A stretch of 64,000 bases of DNA from an uncultured cyanobacterium. GTDB lineage: Bacteria; Cyanobacteriota; Cyanobacteriia; PCC-6307; Cyanobiaceae. A program made the translations under genes and the position numbers. Under the pieces are notes generated by a model. That model did no database searches. It had not been told where the DNA came from and was given only the letters and a program-made list of their open reading frames with translations. Below are positions 41,601 through 51,021 of this stretch, piece by piece (position 1 is the first letter of the stretch; each line of letters opens with the position of its first letter). The stretch is from NCBI GenBank assembly GCA_963697335.1, contig CAVONQ010000002.1, forward strand, positions 1 through 64,000. Direction: 5' to 3'.

Positions 41601-42008
41601 TTGCGCCGCTCCGCCTGGTGTGCCCCCCTGGTGGCAGGCGCCGCCCTGCTCGGTGGGGCCGGGGGCATGCTGGCCTGGACCAACCCCGGCCCCACCGAGT
41701 TCGCCGACTTCGCCGCGGACCGGTTGGTGCTGGAGATCTCCAGCCGGATGTGTGAGAGCAGCAGCCTGCCCTCCGTGCTGGGCCTGGCGGCGGCCGACTG
41801 CGCCGCCCTGGTGGCCTCCCAGCGCACCGCCCTGGGCGAGCTGGTGCAGCGGCAGACCCGCCGCACCAATCTCGGGCTGTTGAGCATCTATCACAGCCAG
41901 CTGGGGGGGCAGCAGGTGCTGCGCTGGCAAGTGCCCCGGTTTGAGGCCACGGTGGTGGGCCTGGCCGGCCGGTTCGTGATCGTGCAGGCGCGGGAGCCGG
42001 GTTCATGA
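41601..42008 (+). CDS. DUF4359-like protein
   Basis: N-terminal TM then TNPGP..F..FA, TRRTNLGLLSIY, VGLAGRF. Confidence 0.7.
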   Translation: MRRSAWCAPLVAGAALLGGAGGMLAWTNPGPTEFADFAADRLVLEISSRMCESSSLPSVLGLAAADCAALVASQRTALGELVQRQTRRTNLGLLSIYHSQLGGQQVLRWQVPRFEATVVGLAGRFVIVQAREPGS

Positions 42009-43330
42009 GCGCCCAACCGCCCGACGCCAGCGGCAGAAGTACCGGCCAGCTGGCGTTGCGCCTGCCCCGGGCCCTGCTGGAGGCGCAGCTGGCTGATCTC
42101 GGCCCCGTGGATCACGAGGGCCTGGTGGCCCTGGAGCTCAGCTGGCGCCAGGGGCGCATCACCGGGTTGCACCCCCTGGACGCCGCCGCCGCGGCCCAGC
42201 CGCTGCCCCTGGGTCTGCCGCCCCTGGTGGAGCCCCATGCCCACCTCGACAAGGCCTTTTCGGCCCAGCGCTTCCCGAACTGGGACGGCACCATGGCCGG
42301 CGCCCTGGCCCAGAACCAGAGGGAATACGGCGAGCGCAGCGAGGCCCTGGTGCTGGAGCGGGCCGAGCGCGCCCTGCAACTGGCCTGGCGCCAGGGGCTG
42401 CGGGCCCTGCGCAGCCATGTGGACAGCGTTGGTCCCGGGGCGGTGGCGAGCTGGGAGGCCCTGCTTGAGATCCGTCGCCGCTGGGCCGATCGGGTGGAGC
42501 TGCAGCTGGTCGCCCTGGTGCCCCTGCTCCACTGGCTCACCCCCGAGGGCGAGGAGCTGGCCCGCTGGGTGGCCGAGCGGGGCGGGCTGCTCGGCGGCGT
42601 GCTGGGCCCGCCCTACGGCGCCAGCCTCTGCGACCGCGAGGCCCTGGCGGCCCTGTTGGCCCTGGCCGAGCGCCATGGCACGGCAGTGGATCTGCACGTG
42701 GACGAGGCCGACACTCAGCCCGCACGGGGGGTGGAGCTGGTGGTGGGTCTGGCCCTGGAGCAGCGCTGCGAGGTGCCGATCGTCTGCAGCCACGCCGCCA
42801 GCCTGGTCCTGCTGTCGGATCGCCGCGCCGACCGGTTGGCGGAGCAGCTGGCCCAGGCGGGCATCGGCGTGGTGGCCCTGCCGCTCACCAATCTCTGGCT
42901 GCTGGGCCGGCGTCCTGGCCGCACGCCGGACCGACGGGTGCAGGCCCCGATCGCCACCCTGCAGCGGGCCGGGGTGCGGGTGGCGATCGGGGCCGACAAC
43001 GTGCAGGACCCCTGGTTCCCAGGCAGCGACTTCGATCCGATCGAGCTGCTGCGCCTGGTGGCCCTCAGCAGCCACGTGGTGCCTACCCGCCGCCAGGGCC
43101 TGGCACCCTTCAGCACCACGGCCGCCGCTTTGCTGGGGCTGGACTGGGATGGGGTGCTGCGGCCCGGGGCACCGGCCGACCTGGTGGTGCTGGCGGCGCG
43201 CAACTGGAGCGAGGTGATGGCCCGCAGCCCCCAGCGCCGGGTGCTGCGGGCCGGGGTGTGGCTGGAGCCGCCGCCGATGGAGCAGCCCTCACCTCTGCTG
43301 CGCGCAGTGGGACCACCGCCGCGCCAATGA
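42005..43330 (+). CDS. Cytosine-deaminase-like amidohydrolase
   Basis: EPHAHLDKA, RSHVD, DLHVDE, SHAAS, GADNVQDPW, PADLVV. Confidence 0.88.
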   Translation: MSAQPPDASGRSTGQLALRLPRALLEAQLADLGPVDHEGLVALELSWRQGRITGLHPLDAAAAAQPLPLGLPPLVEPHAHLDKAFSAQRFPNWDGTMAGALAQNQREYGERSEALVLERAERALQLAWRQGLRALRSHVDSVGPGAVASWEALLEIRRRWADRVELQLVALVPLLHWLTPEGEELARWVAERGGLLGGVLGPPYGASLCDREALAALLALAERHGTAVDLHVDEADTQPARGVELVVGLALEQRCEVPIVCSHAASLVLLSDRRADRLAEQLAQAGIGVVALPLTNLWLLGRRPGRTPDRRVQAPIATLQRAGVRVAIGADNVQDPWFPGSDFDPIELLRLVALSSHVVPTRRQGLAPFSTTAAALLGLDWDGVLRPGAPADLVVLAARNWSEVMARSPQRRVLRAGVWLEPPPMEQPSPLLRAVGPPPRQ

Positions 43331-43372
43331 TGGGGAGCTCAGGGCCTGTGTGCTCCCCTGGGTTGCGCTGCG

Positions 43373-44839
43373 ATGGCCTCACCTCCCCCCGCCGCTGGAT
43401 CGGCCCTGTGCCTGGCGGGGCTGCCGCCCCGGCCGCACCCGGCGGTGATCGCCCAGCTGGCTGAGGAGCTGGCTGATGGGATGGCCCCAGAGCAGGCAGC
43501 TGCTGGCGCTGCCCTGGAGCTGGTGGGGGAGGGGCAGCCGGCGGAGCTCGAGCGCCTCTCGCGGGATTTCTTCGACTACTCCCCCCTGCTGGTGCCGTTG
43601 TTTCGGGGCCAGCGGGCCCAGCTCGCGGTGCGGGCCTCCACGGTGGAGCAGGTGCGGGCCGTGGCAGCTGGCTGCGCCCGGCTGGGGGTGCCCCTGACCG
43701 TGCGGGGGGCCGGCACCGGCAACTACGGCCAGTGCGTGCCCCTGGCCGGTGGCGTGGTGCTGGAGCTGATGGGGCTGAATCGCCTGCGCAGCCTGGACCC
43801 CCGCAGCGGGGTGATCGAGGTGGAGGCGGGGCTGGTGATGGCGGCCCTGGAGCAGCAGCTGGCTCCCCACGGCCGAGCCCTGCGGTTGCAGCCCAGCACC
43901 GCCCGCAGCGCCAGCATTGGCGGCTTCGTGGCGGGCGGATCCGGCGGCATCGGCTCCCTGCGCTGGGGTTTTCTGCGCGATCCCGGCAACCTGCTGGGCC
44001 TGGAGGTGGTGACGGTGGAGCCCGAACCGCGGCTGCTGCGGCTGGATGCGGCGGCCAGCGAGCCGCTCAACCACGCCTATGGCACCAACGGCATTCTCAC
44101 CGCCCTGCGGCTGCCCACCACCGAGGCCGTGGCCTGGCAGCAGCTCGTGGTGGGCTTCGAGTCCTGGGAGCAGGCCGTGGCGGCGGCGTCCGCTCTGGCC
44201 GGCACCGCCCTGCTGCTCCAGGCCATCACCCTGCTGGAGGCACCGATTGCAGCCCGCTCCCCCTGGCCGGCGGGCTGCCCTGCTGCGGCACCCGGGGAAC
44301 ACCGGTTGCTGCTGCTGGCCGCCCCCGACAGCCTGGAGGTGCTGCCGGGCTGGCTGCAGGCCCGCGGCGGCGGCCTCCGCTGGCAGGCCCCCCAGGGGGA
44401 GAGCCGGGGCCTGCCGCTGCGCGAGCTCACCTGGAACCACACCACCCTGCACTGGCGTGCCCAGCAGCAGGGCTGGACCTACCTGCAGATGTTGTTGCCC
44501 CAGCCGGAAGCGGCCTGCCTGGCGGCCCTCAAGGAGCGCTGGGGCGACGACCTGCTCTGGCATCTGGAGGCGGTGCGCCAGCAGGGACGGGCCCGCCTTG
44601 CGGCCCTGCCCCTGCTGCGCTGGCAGGGCGAAGCCCCCCTCGCAGCCCTGATGCAGCAAGCGCGGGAGCTGGGGGCGGTGATCTTCAACCCCCATGCGAT
44701 CACGGTGGAGGACGGCGGCCTGGGTGCCATCGATTCCGACCAGGTGGCCGCCAAGGCGGCCTATGACCCTGGCGGCCTGCTCAACCCCGGCAAGCTCCGG
44801 GGCTGGCTGGAGCTGCAGCGGCAACGGCCCCAGCCCTAG
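43373..44839 (+). CDS. FAD-binding oxidoreductase (FAD_binding_4 / GlcD-like)
   Basis: RGAGTGNYGQ, SIGGFVAGGSGG, HAYGTNG, DPGGLLNPGK. Confidence 0.88.
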   Translation: MASPPPAAGSALCLAGLPPRPHPAVIAQLAEELADGMAPEQAAAGAALELVGEGQPAELERLSRDFFDYSPLLVPLFRGQRAQLAVRASTVEQVRAVAAGCARLGVPLTVRGAGTGNYGQCVPLAGGVVLELMGLNRLRSLDPRSGVIEVEAGLVMAALEQQLAPHGRALRLQPSTARSASIGGFVAGGSGGIGSLRWGFLRDPGNLLGLEVVTVEPEPRLLRLDAAASEPLNHAYGTNGILTALRLPTTEAVAWQQLVVGFESWEQAVAAASALAGTALLLQAITLLEAPIAARSPWPAGCPAAAPGEHRLLLLAAPDSLEVLPGWLQARGGGLRWQAPQGESRGLPLRELTWNHTTLHWRAQQQGWTYLQMLLPQPEAACLAALKERWGDDLLWHLEAVRQQGRARLAALPLLRWQGEAPLAALMQQARELGAVIFNPHAITVEDGGLGAIDSDQVAAKAAYDPGGLLNPGKLRGWLELQRQRPQP

Positions 44840-45399
44840 CAGCCCAGGCTGAGCCGGGTGTCGGCGCCGGTCACGGGGTGGGTGCCCTCGGCGTCGCGGC
44901 AGAGCAGGCGCTGGTCGACCCGGTCGAGCAGGGCGCCGCTGAAGTCGGCATCGGTGACCGTGGCGCCGCTGAAGTTGCTGCCGGCGGCGATCACGTCGCT
45001 GAGGTTGGCGCCGCTGAAATCGGCGCCGCTGAAGTCCACCTTGTCCATCAGCACGCCACTGAGGTCGGCCCCGGCGAAGCTGGCCTCGGGGAAGGCGGCC
45101 TGGGTGAGGATGGCGCCGTGCAGGTTGGCCCCGGAGAAGTCGGCCTGGCGGCCGGAGGCGCCCGCGAAGGAGGTGTTGGCCAGGTCCTGGCCGCTGAAGT
45201 CTTTGCCGCTCTGGTTGGTGAGGGTGTAGTCCACCCCGGAAAACTCCGCAGCGGCTGGAGAGGCCCCGGCGACCAGGGCGCTGGCCACCAGGCCCAGCAC
45301 CAGGCCTAGCCCCAGGGCCTGCCGCAGCACCTGGTGGCAACGGCTCAGCCACAGGCTCCACAGTCCTGCCGGTGAAATGGTGCGGAGGCGACGGGCCAT
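44836..45399 (-). CDS. Exported/lumenal pentapeptide repeat protein
   Basis: Signal-like N-terminus, A(D/N)(F/L)SG repeats, C-terminal LC...SLGC. Confidence 0.88.
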   Translation of the reverse strand: MARRLRTISPAGLWSLWLSRCHQVLRQALGLGLVLGLVASALVAGASPAAAEFSGVDYTLTNQSGKDFSGQDLANTSFAGASGRQADFSGANLHGAILTQAAFPEASFAGADLSGVLMDKVDFSGADFSGANLSDVIAAGSNFSGATVTDADFSGALLDRVDQRLLCRDAEGTHPVTGADTRLSLGC

Positions 45400-45463
45400 G
45401 GCGAGCGGGGCGGTGGCGTTCACTCTGGGCCCCCTGGGCGCCGTCGTCAGCCTGGCGCTGCCG

Positions 45464-46732
45464 TCACCCTGGTGCTGTCGCCGTGGCGAGCAGGTGGCCC
45501 AGCAGGTAGAGGGATCCCGCCACCAGCACGGGCCCCCGGCCCGGCCCGGCCGCGGCCCGCAGTGCGGTGGGCAGGTCCGGGGCGCTGTGCATCCGGACGG
45601 CCTGGCTGGGGTCCAGGCCGCTGAGCAGTTCGCTCTGGCGCCACGAGGCATGGCCGGGCACCGGCACGATCCAGGCCTGATCCCCCGGGCTGAGCAGGGC
45701 CTGGAGAATCTCCGCACCCTGCTTGTTGGCCAGCATCCCCAGCACCCAGTGGCGGGGACCGGGTGGCAGGCCGTGGCGCCGGCCATGCCGATCGAGCTCT
45801 GCCCTCAGCCGTTGGGCCGCTGGGGCGTTGTGGGCGCCATCGATCAGCAACGGCAGGCCCTGCCACTGGAGCCGTTGCAACCGTCCGGGCCAGCGGGCTG
45901 CGGCAAAGCCCTCCCGGATGGCCGGCTCGGGCAGATCCCAGCCCTGGCGGCGTAGGCCCTGCAGCATCCCCAGGGCCACGGCGGCATTGAGCTGCTGCAC
46001 CTGCCCCGGCAGCCCCAGCCTCCAGGTGTTGTCATCCAGGGGTGTCACCCACGTCAGGCGCGCGCCCAGCCGGGCCGCCTGCTCCCGCAGCACCGCCTCC
46101 ACCGCCGGCGTCTGGGGGCCACTGATGGCCTCCACCCCCGGCGCCAGCGCCCCCGCCTTCTCCAGGGCGATGCTGGCCTCGTCTGGGCCCAGCACCTCCA
46201 GATGGTCGAGGCCGATGCTGGCGAAGCCCACCACGCGCCGGTCCGGATGGCAGCTGGTGGCATCGAGCCGGCCCCCCAGGCCCACCTCCAGCACCACCAG
46301 CTCCAGGTCCGCTTCGGCGAAGGCCAGGAAGGCGGCGGCCGTCACCAGTTCGAAGGGGGTGAGCCGGTGCCGCTCGGCCACGGGCCGCGCCGCCTGCAGC
46401 TGGGCCCGCAGCTGGGTTTCCGAGATCGCTGCGCCGTCCAGCTGGATTCGCTCCGTCCAGCTGCTCAGGTGCGGTGAGGTGTAGAGCCCAGCGCGGATGC
46501 CGGCGGCGAGCAGGGCGGCGTGCACGAGGGTGCAGATCGAGCCCTTGCCGTTGGTGCCTGCCACCTGAACGGCGGCGAAGCGGCGCTCCGGGTGGCCCAG
46601 ATCGGCCAGGGCCGCCTGCAGGCGCTCCAGGCCGAGGTCCACGCCCCGGTGGCTGAAGGGCTGGATCAGGTCGGCGAACGGATCGGGGCTGGGCAGGGTC
46701 CCGGCGGACCCGGCTTGAGGGGCGTCAGGCAA
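45464..46732 (-). CDS. folC: Folylpolyglutamate/dihydrofolate synthase
   Basis: VAGTNGKGS, YTSPHL, EVGLGGRLDAT, WPGRLQ, DGAHN, GSLYL. TTG start inferred. Confidence 0.93.
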   Translation of the reverse strand: MPDAPQAGSAGTLPSPDPFADLIQPFSHRGVDLGLERLQAALADLGHPERRFAAVQVAGTNGKGSICTLVHAALLAAGIRAGLYTSPHLSSWTERIQLDGAAISETQLRAQLQAARPVAERHRLTPFELVTAAAFLAFAEADLELVVLEVGLGGRLDATSCHPDRRVVGFASIGLDHLEVLGPDEASIALEKAGALAPGVEAISGPQTPAVEAVLREQAARLGARLTWVTPLDDNTWRLGLPGQVQQLNAAVALGMLQGLRRQGWDLPEPAIREGFAAARWPGRLQRLQWQGLPLLIDGAHNAPAAQRLRAELDRHGRRHGLPPGPRHWVLGMLANKQGAEILQALLSPGDQAWIVPVPGHASWRQSELLSGLDPSQAVRMHSAPDLPTALRAAAGPGRGPVLVAGSLYLLGHLLATATAPG

Positions 46733-47990
46733 GGCTGAGCAGGGCCCGCTCCAGCCGCGCCACGGCCTCGCGCAGCTCCCGGGGGCGGATGGTGAGCGGG
46801 GGCACGAAGCGCACCACGCCGGGGCCGGCCGGTACCACCAGCAGCCCCTGGGCCAGGGAAGCCTTGACCAGCTCCGGAGCGCTGGGCCCTGCCCCACTGA
46901 GCACCAGTCCCTGCAGCAAGCCCCAGCCGCGCACGCCCGTCAGCTGGTGCGGGTGGCGCTGCACCAGGGCGGAGAGTTCCTGGCACAGCAGCGCCTCCAT
47001 CGCCTGCACGTGCGAAAGCAGCTGCCGTCGCTCGATTTCGGCCAGCACCGTGAGGCCGGCCCGGCAGGCGAAGGGGTTGCCCCCGAAGGTGCTGGCGTGG
47101 TCGCCGGGGCGGAAGTGATCCACCGCCTGTTTCACGGCCAGGGCACCGATGGGGATGCCGCCCCCCAGGCCCTTGGCCAGGGTGATCGCATCGGGCTCCA
47201 CCCCCAGGCGCTCGTAGCCCCAGAGGCGGCCGCTGCGGCCCACGCCGATCTGCACCTCATCGAAGATCAGCAGGATCTGATGGGCGTCGCAGAGCTGGCG
47301 CACCCGCTGGAAGAAGGCCCGCTCGCCGGGGTGCACGCCCCCTTCCCCCTGCAGCGGCTCCAGCAGCACGGCCGCCACCCTGGGGCCCTCCGCCTCCGAG
47401 GCCGCGAGCAGGGCTTCGAAGGCGGCGGTGTCGTTGTAGGGGAAATAGCGGAATCCCTGCACCATCGGGGTGAACCCCTGGTGGTATTTCGGCTGGCCCG
47501 TGGCCGTCACCGTGGCCAGGGTGCGGCCGTGAAAACTGGCCTCCGCCGTGAGGATCAGCGGCGGCCGTTCCACCGTGCCCACCAGGCCCCGCACCACCTG
47601 GGCGTGCTTGCGGGCCAGCTTGATGGCGGCCTCGTTGGCCTCGGCGCCGGAGTTGCAGAAGAAGACCCGATCGAAGCAGCTGCGGGCCGTGATCGTGGCG
47701 GCGAGCTGCTCCTGTTCCGGAATCCGGTAGAGGTTGGACACATGCTGCAGCCGGCCCAGCTGGCGGGCCAGGGCCCGCCGCAGGCGGCCGTCGCTGTGGC
47801 CCAGGGTGCAGACGGCGATGCCGGCCACACAATCGAGATAGCGCCGGCCCTCGCTGTCCCAGACCCAGACGCCCTTGCCGCGGCAGAGGCTCACCGGCAG
47901 GCGGGCGTAGGTGTCCATCAACGGCGACCCAGGCGAGGGCACCGGCGCCGGCTGCAGTGGCACCGACCCCTCCCCGGGGCTGGTGGGCAT
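46725..47990 (-). CDS. argD: Acetylornithine aminotransferase
   Basis: FFCNSGAEANEAAIKLAR, SFHGRT, FDEVQ.G.GR, AKGLGGG, STFGGNP. Confidence 0.93.
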   Translation of the reverse strand: MPTSPGEGSVPLQPAPVPSPGSPLMDTYARLPVSLCRGKGVWVWDSEGRRYLDCVAGIAVCTLGHSDGRLRRALARQLGRLQHVSNLYRIPEQEQLAATITARSCFDRVFFCNSGAEANEAAIKLARKHAQVVRGLVGTVERPPLILTAEASFHGRTLATVTATGQPKYHQGFTPMVQGFRYFPYNDTAAFEALLAASEAEGPRVAAVLLEPLQGEGGVHPGERAFFQRVRQLCDAHQILLIFDEVQIGVGRSGRLWGYERLGVEPDAITLAKGLGGGIPIGALAVKQAVDHFRPGDHASTFGGNPFACRAGLTVLAEIERRQLLSHVQAMEALLCQELSALVQRHPHQLTGVRGWGLLQGLVLSGAGPSAPELVKASLAQGLLVVPAGPGVVRFVPPLTIRPRELREAVARLERALLSLA

Positions 47991-47995
47991 GGCAA

Positions 47996-48077
47996 TAGGA
48001 GCGGTGGGACTTGAACCCACATGCCCGAAGGCGCTCGATTTTGAGTCGAGTCCGTCTACCAATTCCGGCACGCTCCC
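47996..48077 (-). tRNA. tRNA-Leu(CAA)
   Basis: GGGAGCG acceptor, CTCGA-CTCAAAA-TCGAG anticodon arm, GTTCAAGTC. Confidence 0.97.
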
Positions 48078-48089
48078 CTGGAGAGGAGC

Positions 48090-49454
48090 TTAGGCGGCGC
48101 TGCTCCCCTGGGTCTGGAGATGGAGCTCGGCCGGCGCGGGCAGGCCGCCGCCGATCCGGTGGATGCAGGCGCCCACGGAGGCCAGCTTGTGCTCCAGGCC
48201 GGCGTAGCCACGATCGAGATACTCGAGGCCTCGCACGCTGGTGACCCCCTTGGCGGCCAGGCCGGCCAGCACCATGGCGGCCGAAGCCCTCAGGTCGGTG
48301 CCCTGCACCGGCGCGCCGCTGAGCTGGGCCACCCCCTCCACGAAGGCGATGTTGCTCTGCAGGCGGATGGCGGCCCCCATGCGCTGCAGCTCGGCCACGT
48401 GCTGCATCCGATTCTCGAAGATGTTCTCCGTGATCACACTGGTGCCGCGGGCCGTGGCCAGCAGGCTCATGAAGGGGGCCTGAAGATCGGTGGGGAAGGC
48501 TGGGAAGGGCTGGGTGCGCAGATCCACGGCCTGGATGTCGCTGGCTTCGATGGTGAGCCCGACGCCGTCGTGCTCCAGGCGACAGCCCGCCGCCTCAAGT
48601 TTGGTGAGCACCGCTCCGAGATGGTCCGGGATCACTGGGGTGACCCGGAGCCGGGAGCGGGTGATCGCGGCGGCCAGTAACAGGGTGCCCGCTTCGATGC
48701 GATCGGGGATCACGGCGTAGTCGGCGCCGTGCAGGCGCTCCACCCCCGTGATGGTGATCGTCTGGGTGCCGGCGCCACGGATGCGGGCGCCCATGGCGGT
48801 GAGCAGGCCAGCCAGATCGGCCACTTCGGGCTCCTGGGCGGCATTGGCCATGACCGTCTCGCCGTCGGCGAGTACGGCGGCCATCATCAGGGTCTCGGTG
48901 GCGCCGACACTGGGGCAGTCGAAATAGATGCGTCCACCGGTGAGACGTTTGCCGCGACCCGGGACCACCGCCGTAACCACCCCATGCTCGATGGTGACCT
49001 GGGCCCCCAGGGCCTTGAGCCCCTTGACGTGCTCCTCAACCGGCCGGGTGCCGATCTTGCAGCCGCCGGGCAGGGGAACCTTGGCCATGCCCATCCGGGC
49101 CAGCAGGGGGCCAATACAGAAGAAGCTGGCCCGCAGGCTGTTCACCAGCTCATAGGGAGCTGTGGTGCTGTGGATGCTGGAGCCGTCCAGCACGAGGCTG
49201 TCAGTCTCACGGCTGACCTGGCCGCCCAGGCTCTGCAGCATCTCGCCCATGCCCACGATGTCGGTGAGGGGAGGCACGTTGCGCAGCCTGATCTGATCCC
49301 GGGTCAGCAGGCAGGCGGCCATCAGCACCAATGCCGAGTTCTTGGCGCCATCGACCTGCAGCTCACCCTCGAGACGCCGGCCACCGGTGATCTGGAGCTG
49401 CGGTTCGGTCTTGGTCAGGTCGGTGGCAAGGGATGGCACGGCTGAGGCTGTCAT
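48090..49454 (-). CDS. murA: UDP-N-acetylglucosamine 1-carboxyvinyltransferase
   Basis: GAKNSAL, LRAS, LPGGCKIGTRP (Cys), PDRIEAGT, FPTDLQ, DLRASA. Confidence 0.97.
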   Translation of the reverse strand: MTASAVPSLATDLTKTEPQLQITGGRRLEGELQVDGAKNSALVLMAACLLTRDQIRLRNVPPLTDIVGMGEMLQSLGGQVSRETDSLVLDGSSIHSTTAPYELVNSLRASFFCIGPLLARMGMAKVPLPGGCKIGTRPVEEHVKGLKALGAQVTIEHGVVTAVVPGRGKRLTGGRIYFDCPSVGATETLMMAAVLADGETVMANAAQEPEVADLAGLLTAMGARIRGAGTQTITITGVERLHGADYAVIPDRIEAGTLLLAAAITRSRLRVTPVIPDHLGAVLTKLEAAGCRLEHDGVGLTIEASDIQAVDLRTQPFPAFPTDLQAPFMSLLATARGTSVITENIFENRMQHVAELQRMGAAIRLQSNIAFVEGVAQLSGAPVQGTDLRASAAMVLAGLAAKGVTSVRGLEYLDRGYAGLEHKLASVGACIHRIGGGLPAPAELHLQTQGSSAA

Positions 49455-49781
49455 GGATTCCCGGACGTTCCCGGCCTTTTTGTCTGGGCATGTTGACAAC
49501 AAAAGGCCAGATCGTCTAGGTGGCCGCCGCTGGAACCGCACCATGGCCCCAGCCAAACAAGAGGCAGACTGGCTAGATGACCCACCCTGAGTGATCCCTG
49601 ACCCAGCCAGGCTTGCTGGTGCATCGGCCTGCCACTGAATGCCGGCACGAAACCTTTGGGGCAGGCCCAGCGGAGGTGCGCCTTCGCACACTGCGGGGTG
49701 GTTGTGCAGCGTGACAGAGGCCCCGGGAGCGGGGCGTCGGGGCGATGCCGTATGGTTCCGGGGTCGCAGAGCGGCGGCCAC

Positions 49782-49865
49782 GCGGATGTGGCGGAATTGG
49801 TAGACGCGCTAGTTTCAGGTACTAGTGGCAGCAATGTCGTGGGAGTTCAAGTCTCCCCATCCGCA
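49782..49865 (+). tRNA. tRNA-Leu(CAG)
   Basis: GCGGATG/CATCCGC acceptor, CTAGT-TTCAGGT-ACTAG anticodon arm. Confidence 0.97.
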
Positions 49866-49876
49866 TTTCAGATTCC

Positions 49877-50125
49877 ATGATTCTCCTAAAAATCACTAAT
49901 TCCTCCGAAGTGGTGGCTTCGAAGGTCGGCAAGTTTCTGGAGAGTCTCACCCCAGATGGCATGGATCAAACCACCGTCGAGGACATCGTGGTGGGCAAGT
50001 TGATTGAGAACCTGCGGGCTGAGGGCATCAAGGGTGAAGTGGCGGCGGTGAAGGGGATGGAGCTGGAGGAGGCCGAGATCGTGATGCACGACGCCATGCG
50101 GGTGCGCCGCCACGAGTGCTTCTGA
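49877..50125 (+). CDS. Hypothetical protein (82 aa)
   Basis: MILLKITNSSEVVASKVGKF...; clean ORF between the tRNA and the methyltransferase. Confidence 0.75.
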   Translation: MILLKITNSSEVVASKVGKFLESLTPDGMDQTTVEDIVVGKLIENLRAEGIKGEVAAVKGMELEEAEIVMHDAMRVRRHECF

Positions 50126-50135
50126 GGTCGGCCGC

Positions 50136-50957
50136 TTGCCCCCTGAGCTGATCAGCAGCCGCCGCAACCCGCTGGTGCGCCGCCTGCGCCAGCTGCACGC
50201 TGGCAAGGGCCGCCGGGAGCTCCAGCTGGTGCTGTTGGAGGGCACCCATCTGTTGCAGGAGGCGGTGCGCCTCAGCCTGCAGCCCATCGACCTTCTGGCC
50301 ACGCAGGCCTGGCTCGAGACGCACCGAAACTGGCTGGCCAGCCAGCCGCTGCCCCTGCGGCCTGTGCCGGTGACGACGGAGGTGCTGGCGGCGGTGGCCA
50401 CCACGGAGCATCCCGACGGCGTGGTGCTTACCCTGCCCATGCCAGGGCAAAGCTGGGGGCCGCCCGTCCCGTCACTGGTGTTGGCTCTGGATCGGCTTCA
50501 GGATCCCGGCAACCTCGGCACCTTGATGCGCACCGCCCTGGCCAGCGGAGTGGAGGCACTTTGGCTGCTTGAGGGGGCCGACCCGTTCCAGCCCAAGGTG
50601 TTGCGCGCCTCGGCCGGCGCCGCCCTGGCCCTGCCGCTGCAGCGCTGCAGCCGCGCCCAGTTGCTCGCTCGCCTGCAGGAGCTGGGCGCCGTCGCTGCCG
50701 ACCACCCGGGCCAGGCACCTCAGGTGGTGGCCGCCGTGCCCCCCGGCCCCGCCGCCCTGCCCTACTGGCAGCTCGACTGGCAACGCCCCACCGTGCTGCT
50801 GCTCGGCCAGGAGGGCTCAGGCCTGGCGCCGGAGCTGCTGGCCTGCGCCAGCCACTGCGTCACCATCCCCCACAGCCCGGCGGTGGAGTCGCTGAATGTG
50901 GCGGTGGCGGCGGCGCCGTTGCTGCTGGAACGGCAGCGCCAGCGCCTCACGGCCTGA
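50136..50957 (+). CDS. TrmH/SpoU family RNA methyltransferase
   Basis: LEGTHL, LQDPGNLGTLMRT, GQEGSGL, VESLNVAVA. Confidence 0.9.
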   Translation: MPPELISSRRNPLVRRLRQLHAGKGRRELQLVLLEGTHLLQEAVRLSLQPIDLLATQAWLETHRNWLASQPLPLRPVPVTTEVLAAVATTEHPDGVVLTLPMPGQSWGPPVPSLVLALDRLQDPGNLGTLMRTALASGVEALWLLEGADPFQPKVLRASAGAALALPLQRCSRAQLLARLQELGAVAADHPGQAPQVVAAVPPGPAALPYWQLDWQRPTVLLLGQEGSGLAPELLACASHCVTIPHSPAVESLNVAVAAAPLLLERQRQRLTA

Positions 50958-51021
50958 GGCTCCAGCGGCAGACAGGCGACCGCTGGCGAGGGAGAATGCC
51001 TCCACCTGTGCACGGCCCCTG

